Positions 1 through 14,138 are shown, numbered from the stretch's first letter. The stretch is 64,000 nt of DNA from Hydrolagus colliei (GCA_035084275.1 CM068746.1:37324001-37388000), one strand, 5' to 3'. The notes: generated by a model not told the origin, from the letters alone. Numbers and translations: made by a program.

Positions 1-3000
1 AGCTGCTCTGTATTTTCAGCATTGTAATTGCCACATCTGCATTGCTATTGGTAATGATTCTCCATCTAGCTTGGGACATTGATTACAAAAGAACCTATCT
101 CAAGCAGCTTACACATTATCTGACTGGAATAGAAAAACATAAACATGTGCTGATATCTGTCACAGTAAACTCTTATTACATCTGACAAAGGGGAAAAAAG
201 CCTACAAGATGTCAATCAGACTATTTTAGAGCAAATGTTGAGCTGGCTGTATCTAAAATTCTACAAATTTTGCAGTCTTGACAACTGCAAATAAGTCTTT
301 TCTAGCACATCATTACTACCACATGAGGACATAATATACAAATAATATTATGTAGATAGGTTTTAGATATTATAAATTATATAGCAAACATAAAAACGAC
401 CATTCAGGCCACCTAGTCCACATCAGTATTTCTACTTCACAGAAATCTCCACTCTTCCTAACCTCTGTTATTCCCTTCTCTTTCATCCATTGCATCAAGT
501 TCTCTTTAAATGTATGGTTTCAACCACAGTTGAGTTCCACATTGTCACCACCCTCTATGTAAAGAAGTTCCTTCAAAATTTTCTTTTAGATCTGCTGGTA
601 ACTCTTCTCCTCTGGGTATACCACAAATTACTATTTTAATTCTTGATGGCTTTGTCTACCTTTGTTGCTACTTTTAGCCTTGTATATCTGTTCCCCAGAT
701 CTCTTTGCTCCTCTACCTACTTTGTTATTACCATTCAGGGCACAGACAGCTTCTTTATTCCTCCTGCCAATGTGTATCACTTCATATTTCTCAGTAATTG
801 AACATCAATTGCCACCTGTTTGCCCATTCTGTATACCCATTTATGTCTTTTTGTACCTATTTAGCATCCTGTTCATTATCAATGCCCCCCACCCACACTC
901 TTTTCCCTAAGTCCAAATCATTTATCTACACGGTGAACGTTACCAACCCATGTGGAACACCACTTTATACATCTTATACATTAACAAACAGCATTCAAGA
1001 AGACTTGAGCCAATTAGGTGACACTGACCTAATTTTAATATAGCTATATGCAAAGGAATGCATACTTGAAAAATAACTCTTTAAGCAAGTACACAAAATG
1101 AAGACATGTTCAGAGGTGGAGAATGAAAAGGATTTCAGTGCTTATTGATCACTCACTGAATGTGAAGCTGCTGTCAACAGAGCTAACCCAATACAGTACT
1201 TGATTACAAATACAAGCTTGCATCTCGAGGGCAATTGACTACAAGTCGAAAAACTTTATCTAACCTTGCTTAAATGATTTGCGAGAGCAAACTTGGAATA
1301 CTGCGTGCAGTTTTACACAACTTAACCTTCAAAGCATATTAGAGAAACCTGTTCCAGAGAAGAGATACATTTCAGAGAAAAAAGGACAAACCCAGGATTT
1401 GGGGTTTCAAGAGGCGGCTTTCAGATCAGAACATATCATTATGATAAGGGAGCGGGACAGGTAGGCAGTACTCTGTCTTACTAGGGTCCATATGGCCAAA
1501 TCCCTTTACAATTTGTCACTGTGGTAATTGTGGACTGTTTGCCAATTCAATCGTGATTTGGCAACTGGTCCTCAGTATATCTCAAAATAGGAACAGCTTC
1601 CAAAAGTTAAGAACTTTCCACAATTCTGTACACTGTTGAATTTTAAGACGATATTCCAAGGCACTGGACAGTTAAAAATTTGCATCGAAACTGGAGGTAT
1701 TTTTTTTTACTACAGGAGCAAGAGTCAAATCCCACTCTGCTGCTCACTTGCCACACTCTTTGATATTAATCTTTACTAAGCATCTATCTAATTCTCCTGT
1801 AAAACAATACCTGGCCACTTGAGTGAGCCTTTGGAGAGCATTTGGCACCGTGGAGATGTACTGCAGTACAGGTAAATAGGAATCAAATAATAACTTGCTT
1901 GTTATTGTTATTTGATTCCTATTGGCGTTTCAGAGCTCTTAACAGTGGTGAAGCCTGACTCCAAGCTGGGGAATAGCTTCAGCTAGGGAGGCAGAGCAGA
2001 GAGAAAAGTGAAAAAACATTGTGTAGGCGAGGGGGCAGGGTAGAAACAGAACTGAAGGCTCACCTAATTTTCCAAAATAATGAACAGGGAAATCTGACAG
2101 TCATTAATTAATATAGCAGTCAAGGTAATAGAATTGGCTGGTAATATTTTTTTTAGAAACTCAATCTAAACAAGCATTTGTTTCACAGTGAAACATGTCA
2201 AACTACGGCAGAATTAACTATCTCAATACGTGGCAAAAAAAAAAGAAAGTGCAACTGGAACATGAAAGTTTGAATAAGGATAAATTTAATCAAACCTCAA
2301 ATTGAAACTCATGATCCATGTCTAACACAGGCTAACTTTCTAACAGCGCAGTTGGCTGGGTCTAATGTAAAAATGGCTGAGTTAAAGGTGATTGACTGGT
2401 CATCATTAACACTACTTACTGCACTTTGTGCAAATGTACAGTATGCAGGAAGCACCGTTAATGGTACTTGATGCGCATAGCACACAAGAGTAATGCAGGA
2501 TATGAGGTTAGTGGACCAGATGACCTGGAAATTGTCTTTTTTTTAATACTAGAAGCCAGGATTTGCATGGACCCGTAGACAAGTGTGACATCACTATGAT
2601 TGGGTTACCCCAGTCGCTTTTATATCATTCAGCATCTTACAATTCAATCATCATTTTAATTTCAGCTGAGTCTCTCGCAGTTTAAACACAAGCCCAATAA
2701 TCACCCTAGTCTCTCCGCTGTACACCAAGGAGATTTATTCTTGCTCTGCATTCAACCATGCTTTAGCTAACTGAGAAGTACCTAATGTGGACCATTGATT
2801 CTTAAAATAAGAAAATCCTTGGTCTCTCATTAGTAACATATTTCACTTACTGAATACAAAAATCATAATCATAACAAGAACTTTGTTTTGCCAAAATTCT
2901 GCAGTACCAGTTGGATTATGCTTCCCTCCCTCCCTCCCACTGTAAATTAAGGAAGAATCACTAACTGCTGGAATAACCCAGTCGGTTTCCAATAGCAACG

Positions 3001-5354
3001 AGTCTTTATAGTGCAACGCATCGCAACATAAAGCAGACCTGTGGTTACAGGACACAAGTGCACTGTTAATGGCTTTTATTGGAAGAGGGGGAAATATGTT
3101 TGGAACGCTCTCAGTCATTTCTAATTCATTCAATTAAATTTTAGTCAGAGCCCTTAGCGGACTTAAACATTCACTATTACTATGTCTCTGCCAAAGTTTT
3201 TTCCTCCCACCCGTTTGTTCACCTCCGACAAACCCAAAGGCTCCATCCTTGGCCCCCTTCTTTCCCTTATTTACACTCAGGTCCCAGAAAGAGTCATGGA
3301 GTCAATGGCTAGTGCACAATTTTGTTTGGGAGATAGATGGCTCGGAAACCAGGAGAAGTTTCCCTCTTTGCTTTGAGGTGTTTTGACAATATAGACGCTT
3401 ACATTGAGTGCAAGGATTAATATTAAGAAAATTCCATAACTATGATTCCTTCACATTGAAACTCTGATGAATACTAGGATTTGAATTTTTACACTAGAAA
3501 AGTGACAGATTATACTTCACATGGCTATTTTATTCCAATTGACAGTGACTAGCGTAGTTATTCAGAGCTGGTTATTAGGTTGTCAGTCACGGAATCATTC
3601 AAAGATACTGCAGATCTTCCGACACATTGGAAAAGAGAGTACATTTTAAAGAATGCTCAAATGCAAACAGTCTTAAGTAGAAAACTCAAGGAACCTAAAA
3701 TTACCAATGAAGACAACTGTAATTTTTCCGTCAGTGTTTTTGTAGACCAACAAACAGGAACCCTCACAAGGGCAGTAATTTCTGTTCATTGAATTGTGGA
3801 CAATTCAGAATTTTGTGAATTGCTGACATTAATGTATTACCAACCGTAAAGACATTTCACTTTAAAAAAAATTGAAGCCATATTCTGTGACACTTTAGTA
3901 TTGTCAGCAATGGTCATAAAGAGAGCTTGATATGGCAAGTATGTGGCTGATGTCTGACAAGTGAAGATAAACACAGATGAAGGGAACTAAAAATAGAAGG
4001 CACATATAAGCTATGGATGGGATAGAAGATGAAAGAGATCAAGGGGAAGCTGAAAGAGATCAAGGAGTACGAGTTAACTCATCGCACAGTTCAAAAAGGT
4101 GAAGCAGTAATAAACAAAGCAACCAGTATGTTAGACTATATTGCTGAATCAGATTTCTAGAGGCCATATACAATCTGTAGAGTAATCCTCTGCTCGGTCC
4201 GCATCTGAAATATTGGACACATTTCTGGAGACCAAACATAAGGGGGCTGCCTAAGTCCAAGAAGCAGAGCAGAAGTTAACAAAGTGGAATGAACAGTGTT
4301 TAGAGGAATTAATTATGAGCAGAGAATACAACAGCAACAACTTACACTTGTATAGCACCCTCCACTCAGGGTAGGGTCTCAGAGTGCTTGATTAGACAGG
4401 CTAGGGCTCTTCAGACTTGAAAGGCGATGTTGCAGAGGTGACTCATCTCAAAGATGTCTTATTCAGGTGCACAAGATTTTGAACGGATTCAACAAGTAAA
4501 TAATAGTCATAATAATCCTTGCATTTAATAGTGACTTTCACGTTGAGTGGAGATCTCAAAACAGGATTTACTGTAAAGTGTAGTGACTGTGTTTTGTGTA
4601 ATAATAGTGCTTGCATTTGATATAACGCTTTTCATATCTTATCGACGTCTCAAAGTGCTTCACAGAATATACTGTAAAATGAATTGATTGTATATTTGTG
4701 GGCAAAACGCGGCTGGCAATTGCGCATAGCAGTATCCCAGAAAGTGGATTGAAATAAACAATTTTTTTTAATTGTGTTTTTTTGGGACAAATTATTATTA
4801 GGCGTGTGTAAGTAAGGATTCGTTTAAAATACAATACCTTGAAGCTATAATGTGTGGACCTCATTTCTGAACCTCACTGAAATCTAGTAATGCACATGCA
4901 GTCAAGAGACAGAGCCTGAAGTTGTATAGTGTTGGTGCAAAGACATCCTGCAAAAATCTACCAATACTTAATTGGGAAGAGTAACCACAGACCAAAGAAG
5001 TCTGAACAAAATAAGCTCTCAAAAGGTGATCTGCTACCAGCAGCCATCATCTTAAAATATTATCCAGGAATGCTAATGTAACAGCATTTCCTTTGACTTA
5101 ATAGTTATCTGGATCCACCAGTTTCACTGAAACTCTGCAGAAAGAACGCTGGAAGGCAGTGAGCAGAAAAATATGATTTCCACACGATATTAAAGAATAA
5201 TGCATAAGTGTAATTTGCCATTCTGTTGCTAGAGGCAAGCTGTGCGTATGAACAGCAAGACAAATGCTGTCAAGTGAAAGCACAAACAGTGGAACAACAC
5301 TCTTACTTGTGATGCTCTGTTGTTCCACACACGTGGAACCAACATTGATTCTTT

Positions 5355-5700
5355 ACAACAACTTGCATTTATATGGCGCCCTCCACACAGCGCTTCAGTG
5401 GTAGAATCTGACAACCAGCCTGGGGGAGAGGGAGGTGACCGTCAGCACGATCAAAAAGGAAGGTCTTTAGGTGGTATTTGAAGGTGGAGACGGAAAAGGC
5501 AAGGTAGAGGGATTGAGGGAGACTTCCAGTGAGGGGTGTCGTGGCTGAAGGAACAGCTACTGAAGGTGGAATGGTGGGCAAGAGGCACAAATAGGGAGGC
5601 ACTGGAGTGGGGAAAGTAAGCATGTTGGATCGGTAGGGAAGTGCAAGGGAATTAAGTGATTTGAAAACGAGTGAGAGGATCTTGAAATCGATCCTTTAAA
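5355..5700 (-). mobile_element. L2 LINE 3' end
   Basis: FKYHLKTFLFD-like C-terminus and tail tataaatgcaagttgttg. Confidence 0.7.
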
Positions 5701-6849
5701 TGCAGCATGTAGGATACTGCATTTTCACTTTGTTCTTCGTACTTCTGAAAAAACCTTCAATAACACTCGTCATTTAAGGGGCATATTCTTGCAATTTTAG
5801 ATAAACATATGCAGACAGGAATGATGGAAGGTTGCATTTCCTAAGAAGCCTATGGCTCCCACAGATTATAGATTTAGTTGGACTTCAATTAACCCTTATG
5901 ACTGATATTGAAAATGTCTTTCCTACATCTGCCTTCCCACACAAGGAGAGAGTTCAAAATTATCATCCAACTTTTAAAATTTACAATGAACCTGAGCTTG
6001 GTTATGATCATCATATTACTGAGCTCTCAAAATAGCTTTATGCCATGCAATCACCTGGAATTCAGCAGTACTAAACAATAATGTAACTGATAGCTTAATA
6101 ACCGTGAAAGATCACCAGTCTGAGAGGAGAAAAGAGATCATCATCTCCACTGAAACATATCTCCGAGACAACACATCATTCCGAGAATCATTCTGTAAAT
6201 CTTTTTTTTGTTTTTTAAGAGACAACCCTGAATGGAATTTGGTGTCTAGCAGCCATTAACAGCAACAGATCTATCACACTGACATTTCCATACACAATAT
6301 CAATACCATATCACCTTCTTTTAAACCCTCTGAACGCCGCTAAACCTGTGTGCAAGTGCTTTCTCACAACATCTACTGGATATAGTTTTCTGCAAATCAT
6401 AAGCATTTAAATGTAATGAAAATTTATGTAAATATTGTAAGTTTGCACGTTACAATTCCTGTGTTAATGTACTCTCTGAATGACCCAGATTACATGTTAT
6501 AGCTGAAAGACTATATTGCAATAGGGTTAAGATAAGAATCCCACTGCATTAAACTGCTATAATCAACCATTTTAAGTGAAATGTTAGGGTCATCTTCAGT
6601 TTATTGCTACAATTCCTGCAAGGCAGAGAATAATATTTTCGTCAGCCTTCGAAACCTTCTGTGTTGAGATCTGGGATGTACAGATGTTGCAATCAATTGT
6701 CTTGATGTGGTCTGCCAAACCAACTGTTTTGAGTTCCACTGCATAGGCTTACTTGAAATTTACTGTTGAGATGCAAGTCTAAAAATGAAAATTATGCAGC
6801 TTAATATATTTTTTAAAAACATGCTATTGGGAAAATGTCTGAGCCAGAA

Positions 6850-7670
6850 ACAACAACTTACACTTACATAGTACACTTACACTGGGTAGCATTTCAGATT
6901 ACTTAATAGTGGCGGAAGCCTGACTCCGAGCCAGGTAAGAAGGGGAGGTGGCTGCAAGCACAAAAACGTCGAAAAAGAAGGTTTTCAGGTGGGACTTGAA
7001 AAGATGGAGAGAGGGAGTAAGGCGGAGGAATTAAAGGAGAGTGTTCCAGAGTTTTGAGGAGAAGTGGCTAAATGTGCGACCTCCAATGGTGGAGTAGAGG
7101 GAGCGAGGGATAAGCAGGAGACCAGTGGCAGTCGAGCAGAGGTGCCAGGCAGCGAATTGGACAGTGAGTAGGTCAAAGAGGTAGGGAGATGCCAGTGAGT
7201 GAAGGGATTTGAAAACAAGTAGTGGGGTAAAGAGGTGGAGCTGGGAGGTAAGCAGGGGGGGGGGGGGGGGAATAGGGTCCAGGGACAAGGTAGTGGGCTT
7301 CATAATGGATATGGTGGTGATAACAGAGGAGTGGGAGACAGGTTCGAAGGTGGGATGGGTGGAAGTCAGAGTGTGGGAGGGAGGTGGGGAAGGGGTGGAA
7401 GTTGGAAGGGAAGTGACAGCTGAGCGGATTCCCTCTACTTTGGACTTAAGGAAAACCAGCATCTCCTCCCATTAGGAATTAGAGGAAAGAATCTGCAAGG
7501 ATGGCAGAAAAGCTGGATTGTGGTGGAGAACAGCAGTCTAGTGTTGTCCTTCGCCTCCAGGATTATCCTAGAATAGAACGATTTGGCGGAGGCCAGAGCA
7601 GAGTGGTAAGTTTTAGTTCGGTCCAGCCAGATCAAGCTTTCTTCGTATCTAGGCTCAACCATTTGAACGT
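6850..7670 (-). mobile_element. L2-clade LINE fragments (ORF2 3' part and 3' tail), degenerate
   Basis: Translations FKSLHSLASPYL, GGRTFSHFSSKLWNTL and NTRLLFST are typical of L2 ORF2; tail gtaagttgttg. Confidence 0.75.
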
Positions 7671-7980
7671 CCTGCTCACCTGACTCTACTCTCTATATAA
7701 GCTGCAGATCATATAGAACTCTGAAGCCCACATCCTCTCTCCCACCAGGCTCAAGGAGCCCTTCACCATTCAGCTCCACAGGCTTCCCAACAGATCAAAT
7801 TCCAGATCCTAACCACGACTTCAACCCTACCCGTCACTTTCTGTGTCTCTACTGCCCACAAATTAGTCCCTCCACTCAGCAAACACCAACTTGTTTCATT
7901 TCCCTGACTCAATCCACCCTACTGCTGGTGGGAGAGAGTCACAGATATATATATATATATATAATATATATATATATATA

Positions 7981-8696
7981 TAGAAGCCCATTTATCCGTG
8001 ACTCAATGAACCGGCACTTCCATATAACCGGCACACCGAAAGAAAGTCCCCATTCAATAAATCGGAACTTATCCGGAACAATAGCGGTGGAGCATTTGTA
8101 AATGCATAAATAATAACATAATAACACAATATTGTATTGATACTTATTGTTAAAACTACTCTCTTGCGCTTCTCACCTTTACTGGTAGATGCTTCACTTG
8201 AAGCCATGATGCTGTTGAGGTTTATAGTCCAGCGATTCTTTTTAAAATGGAGCACGCCAAGCGGGTGAAAAAAAGAGCGCGACTTTAAAGCCATACTAGC
8301 AGCTAGCCGATAACCCACATTGTTGCGCAGGTGCAGTATTTTGATTTGCCACTAGTAGAGTCTAGGGCTATCGGCTTGCCGCTAGTAAAGTCGCGAGACT
8401 TTAAAATCGCGCTGCCGTTTTTTTCACCCACTTGGCATCCTCCATTTAAAAAAGAATCGCTGGACTATCAACCTCAATCAGTAAAGGTGAGAAGTGCAAG
8501 AGAGTAGTTTTAACAATAAGTACCAATACAATATTCTGTTATTATCTGTTATTATTTAGTCTGGTGCGTATGGTGTGTGTTAAAATAACTTTTTTTTTGT
8601 GGTGGGTTTTCGACCGCGGGCCGCCCGAATATTCGGCAGGCGCTTTAAACAGCATTGGCCAGGTCCCGTGGATGCCGGATAAACAGGCTTTTACTC
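7981..8696. mobile_element. Tigger/pogo-like non-autonomous DNA transposon (foldback MITE) inserted in (TA)n
   Basis: TIRs tagaagcccatttatccg ... cggataaacaggcttttact, (TA)n on both flanks, internal inverted arms, transposase-like N-terminus MASSEASTSKGEKRKRVVLTI (minus, from 8207). Confidence 0.8.
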
Positions 8697-9029
8697 TATA
8701 TACATATATATATATATATATAAAAATAGAGAGAGAAAGAAAGATACAGACACACACTTCTTTAAACTGAAAGAAAGGAAAAGAGGTGACTGCAGTCTTG
8801 TGGAAAAGGTACTTCCTACCTTCAGGAATACAACAGCTAACTTGCATGCTAGTTTTCAAACAATAAAAATAAGATATCTGTTGAGACACTTTATGGAACA
8901 AAAGTATAAAGTATTCACATGGAAATAAATAGTTCTTACTCCCCAATGATCCCTTCAAAAGAATGAGCATTCTTGTAGAGGAAGATAATTGGGCAGAAAT
9001 ATTAAACCTAAATTGTATGCACCAGAACA

Positions 9030-9366
9030 TAATAATAATCCTTGCATTTGACATAGCGTTTTCCACATCTTATCAACATCCCAAAGCGCTTCACAGAATA
9101 TACTGTAAAGTGAATTGACTGTATATATTTGTGGGTGAATCGCGGCAGCCAATTGCGCACAGCAGTGTCCCACAAACAGTGGTGGATTGAAATGACCCAT
9201 GTTATTATTGTGGGATTTTTTGGAAGGATTATTATTAAGCGTGTGGAGTAAAGAAACTTGCCCAGGGTTTTGCCCTGACCTGCCTGGATTCGAACACAGA
9301 TCTCCCCAGCTTGGTCTCCCTAGCTTGCAAGACAAGTGCTCTAACCAGAGCCACAGGAGCTCCACA
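9030..9366 (-). mobile_element. tRNA-derived Deu-type SINE, full length
   Basis: Head with pol III A box (tggctctgg) and B box (gttcgaatc), Deu-like core gctgtgcgcaattggctgccgcg, tail tgcaaggattattatt. Confidence 0.85.
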
Positions 9367-9594
9367 TGCATCTCCTGGGCAGATTTAAGACAAAACTCCT
9401 TGTGTTTCTTAAGCCTTATTGATTCAGTGCAATCCATCACTCTATTGTCACTGTAAAGCCCAGTAAATCACATTGTCAGAACCTTTCCAGTGTAACATCC
9501 GTAGCATGCATCACGGCATTCCATCTAGTAAACCTACACGGTTTTATCAAAACAAACAATTAAGGGCAAGATTAAGAGAAATAAATCCATTCAC

Positions 9595-9707
9595 CTTCAT
9601 GAAAAACCTTTTATCCGTTCTGGCAGGATTGTAGGAGGAAAGGTAAGCAGCAAACAGCAGAAATTTGGAGTAATATGGAAGTTCAACGTGTGCATGAGCA
9701 GAAAGTC
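9595..9707 (-). CDS. ORC5: ORC5 coding exon 10 ([37 protein letters not shown]); gene continues but later exons were not found in the window
   Basis: 113 nt, caccag/gtgaat boundaries; highly conserved ORC5 C-terminal-domain motif. Confidence 0.97.
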
Positions 9708-10499
9708 CTGGTGGTGCAAATGTAAAGGTAAGAACCAGAAATTCACAATACAGGGTTTGCAGTCTTTTGATTAGCAGAAATATTGCTAATAAGTGTTAAC
9801 AATCCAGGACACTGTTACCAATGAGGAATCATATCTTCTAACCATGCAGTATTACAGCAATAATGCATATCTGGAAATGATTATTAGGCAGTAATCTATT
9901 GAGAGATTCATTAACTACAAGAGTGAATTAGAAATACTTCATAATAACTCAACCTTGGGATGCAATAGCTTTGAAATTCACTTGCATCCAACTAACTTAA
10001 GTAAAACAAAATAGACCACTGAGCTAATTTATTTTTATGCTGCACTCTTGAATTTATGGGGCAATTTATTTGGTTGAACAGTATATTGATGCAACAATTC
10101 ACACAGCTATCCTGAAGGTAACATTCATCGTGGCAAGAAGTGATCATCACAAAACATTTTTTGTAATATTTAAATAAGACATTACTTATGAACCCAACCG
10201 TATTGAAAATGCAAAAAAAAATACACTCATTAAAAAACAAAGTTGGGCCCAAAAGCAAATCTGCAATAGAACATTATTTTAAACATGTTCAAGTTATTAC
10301 TCTTACAAACCAAGAGTCACATAAAAATATAGACTGGATTATCAGATTCATAAAGCGTATTACAAAGTTCCTCATCCAGGTCTATAAAACAATTTGCTGT
10401 TTAATGTACTAATAAATGGTAGATTATCCCCATGATATGAAATTTGGCTTCACAACGGGAATAATAGAGGGTGATATGAGGCAAATGCTATGCCTAGGA

Positions 10500-10990
10500 A
10501 GCAGTAACCAAGTATAGAAAGGCAATGGAGAGATTTGAAAGTCAGGGTTATAATCTTGAATTTGATTCTAAGGATGGGGAGTCAATGGCACTGAGCCAGG
10601 AGAGTGTTGATCAGCTCACTGAATCTAGTGCAGTCAACTGAAGAATACTGGACCTCATTCAGGACTTGATGTCCAACAGGCAATTGGCCAGAACAGCAAT
10701 GGTCCTGAAATCAAGGGTAGAGGTATTGAATCCAGTGTCACCCGCAAACATATGCAAGTGCTGTGATGAAATCACTAAATGGGTACATACGGATGGTGAA
10801 AAGGAATGGACCACGGATAGAGCCTTGAGGATCTCTGCATGACTGCGCAGGGACAGGAGGTGAAGCCATTGGAAGAAACAAAGTGACTCAAAAGGTCAAA
10901 TGAAAGAGCTCTGTACCAGTGGGAGGGAGAGATTTTTAATGTCTGCTGGAAGGGAACGCTGGATGGCCAGGAGCAATGTGGGGATGGAGC
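10500..10990 (-). mobile_element. L2-type LINE RT fragment, highly decayed
   Basis: PQGS-I-GP-F remnant near 10805-10830; HWLPI...IKFKII remnant near 10550-10595. Confidence 0.55.
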
Positions 10991-11449
10991 ATAGGGATTC
11001 CATTTAAAGACAACATTCTTTCTGTTTTTAACAAATGCCATGGATCTACTGAACGAACTACAAGTTTCTGTCAACATCAAGTAAAATATTACCAAACTAA
11101 ATCTACTTTTAAATATCACTGATCTGTTAAACTCAGAAGCAAGAGGAGGTTTAAATCTGAAGTATATACATGTACAGTGCATTTTAAATACAATTAAGCA
11201 ACTGTTACTTAAATGTTTCTCGAGGCAGCTACTCAAAGGAACTTTATTTAATGATTAAGAAGTTATTGGGATGGAAATTCAGTCCATATCTCCCTGTAGT
11301 CCCGGAAATCATTAGGAATTTAAAGAGCATATCATGAATTAATTAACCTTTGGATTGCTAGCCATATTCCACTAGTTAATGGAATGTATTTTCCTTTCAG
11401 CAGAAATTGAAGGGTTAAAGATTCTTTCAGCCAGCTAAACTGAGGGTAC

Positions 11450-11502
11450 CTTTCAGATGTCCCTCTTCTTTATCATCCTGCTGCAGTTTCTCCCACTGAG
11501 AA
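11450..11502 (-). CDS. ORC5: ORC5 coding exon 9 (SQWEKLQQDDKEEGHLK)
   Basis: 53 nt, ttttag acceptor, weak gtaccc donor; matches SQWEKLQKDD. Confidence 0.94.
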
Positions 11503-12076
11503 CTAAAACAGAAATAAAGTAAGTACAGTTAAAGAACACTGAGGTAGCAGAATAAATAGATATTTTTTCTTTTACTGCAAACTATTTTAATACTATAGTA
11601 TAATTCCTTTCTCAATTTGTGCTTGAAAATAGAGATATGCACAAATTATCCTTCTTTTTCAATCTTTGGAGCACAAATCCATATACAGTATTGAGGTATT
11701 AAAACATATTTTTAAATTGTTCACTTCATTCACAATTGTTCATGGGACACTGCTGAGTGTAATTGGCTGCTGCGTTTCGCTCACGAATTACAGTCAATTG
11801 ACTTTACAGTAAATTCTGTGAAGTGCTTTGAGATGTATCAAAAGACAAGATGAGGCACTTTATCAAATGAAAGGATTATTATTATTTGATTCCTAATTGG
11901 TCTTCTTTCTTTACCATTCTGATAATCAGTCTCAATTCTACTATCAAAGTGCACACCCATCTACTTGTAAAAATGCAATAGTCTGTGGCAATAACATTGC
12001 ATTGTTGTTTATCATTACCAAGCATTAGACACATACTGTTAAACCCCAAATCTTACTATAATTGTTAAAAAGTTAC

Positions 12077-12167
12077 CTGGAGGTTTCTCTTAGATAAACA
12101 GTTTGCATTGCTTTTTTCAGATGGGGTTCAATGTTTTTCCAGAGGTGATGAGTATCCTCTTCTTTCA
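12077..12167 (-). CDS. ORC5: ORC5 coding exon 8 ([29 protein letters not shown])
   Basis: 91 nt, ctcaag/gtaact boundaries. Confidence 0.96.
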
Positions 12168-12366
12168 CTTGAGGAAAAAACATTTGCTTTTAAAAACATC
12201 ACTGCTGATTATGATAGATCCCCACATTTGCATTTTCTATAACTACATGACTTTTCATCAGGATAATCCTTCTTAACAGGCATGCCATGTTGGTGGATAC
12301 TCTAATATCCACCGGTGCAAAGATATTTTAAAACAAAGAACAGATTCCTTCCCCCTTCAGACTTAC

Positions 12367-12415
12367 CTTTGCCTTTCAACACAGGCTCACAGAACTTTGG
12401 AAAATTTAGTGCAGC
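12367..12415 (-). CDS. ORC5: ORC5 coding exon 7 (AALNFPKFCEPVLKGK)
   Basis: 49 nt, ttttag/gtaagt boundaries. Confidence 0.95.
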
Positions 12416-13229
12416 CTAAAAACAAAACAAATGTTATCAATGAAAAGGAGGATAACTTATCACTTAACGTTCGGCAAAGACTGCATCGATACCAGTTTGT
12501 TTTACACAACTCTTAACAGGGAATAACATGTTTAAGTATGAACTGTCAATCTCACCGATACTTCAGTGGTCGAAAACCTTCCAACTACAGAAAACCTCCG
12601 ACTTACTGAATTCGAACCTAGCCGAACTTGGCCCCAAACTCCCCCCCAAAATATTTCTGTGGGCCAAATATTTTATTTATTTATTTTTACAGACCCATGC
12701 GTAGACTCCTTTCAGCCCAACTCTCTTGGCTTATACCAACACCACACTGACCAGCCCACATGATGCTCAAACTTCACAGCTCACCATCCTTTTCCTGACA
12801 CTCACCCGTTGTCCATTGGGTGAGTGGCTACTTCTTTGTGTACAGTGGTAGAAATGCATATGCAGTACCAGTAAATGCATCACTGGCATTTTCGAACATT
12901 GAACATGCATTTTTTGCATTATCAGCAATGCATTTATATTTAGTCAGGAATTCCTTCTCGTCAGACCAGATTTTCCTCCACCCCTCACTTAGTCTGATTG
13001 GGTCAATTCAACATCTAGATATTCTATTCAAAATACGGCATTAAACCATTGCAAATGCATCCATCAGAAAGCTCAGTTACTCACTACATGATGATCAATT
13101 TAACCTTTCTTTCCAAAGGAAACTATTATACTGCATTTATGCTTTATTACTGAGACAAGTTAGTTTAATCTACTTATACACGAAGATTAAGTAAACCAGT
13201 TATTCTATGTTCAATACATTCAATTATGT

Positions 13230-14138
13230 AAACAGCGGTTGGAAAATGCAGGGCCCTATGGGAAACACAGGGATACGGGGACTAAGTTTGCTTTTTCGCG
13301 GTTGGGAAATGCAGGACCCTATGCGAAACATGGGGGTAAGTTCGCATTTAGTAAAACTAAACACAAAAAAACACATACAGTTATAACATACATGGGGAAA
13401 GTGGGAGTAAGTTTGAGGGGGGGTGGGGGGAAGAGAAGGTGAAATAGAGAGAAAGTGAGAGAGAGAAGGGGGGTGGGAGGGGGGGTATGGGAGGGGGGGA
13501 TATGAGGGGGGGTGGGGGGAAGAGAAGGTGAGAGAGAGAAGGAGGGGTGAGGGAGGGAGGAGTGAGGGGGAAGAGAAGGTGAGTCAGAGAGAGAAGGTGA
13601 GAGAGAGAAGGGGGGGGAGGCAGGAGAGTGGGGGGTGGAGGGAAGAGGTGAAATAGATAGAAGGTGAGTCAGAGAGAGATACACTTACACAGAGAGAGAG
13701 GATGCAAATTCTGGCAGCCAATGCTCCCAAACTTACTAGCTAGGCTGCGGAGAAGTGATAATAAATTAATGTTACTGTATTTACCTTAATCCTAAGAGAG
13801 AAGCATTGATGCTGGTTGATTGCAACATCGCAAACTGGGTCCTAGTGCTGTATGCTAGCTGTTCGCGCGCACACAATACCTGTAGATGCACGAGTGCAGC
13901 TAGACCACGTGGGGTAGTAAAGATGCTGATAGGCGGGAAACGCAGAACGGATGAATACACACCAATACGCGGATGAATGCGGTCCCTTGTTTGGAGGAGT
14001 GAAACTTGGAAAATTTAAACCCGCGGATTTAAATCGCGAATGCGCAAAACACGGTTTGCGAGGGTTGTCGCATTTAGCAAATCGTGGATGCATGAGTTTG
14101 GTGGTTGGCGAGGCTGCAGTTGGGGCGGGATACCTGTA
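13230..14138. mobile_element. Probable Tc1/mariner-Tigger-type non-autonomous element fragment containing a purine-rich low-complexity tract
   Basis: CpG-richer than its flanks, ends ...gcgggatacctgTA (Tigger-like end), has a ~60-bp internal tandem duplication at 13235-13350. Left TIR not found. Confidence 0.35.
13415..13700 (+). repeat. GA/G-rich degenerate tandem repeat (units like ggggaagagaaggtgagagagaga)
   Basis: Visible polypurine repeat. Confidence 0.85.
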
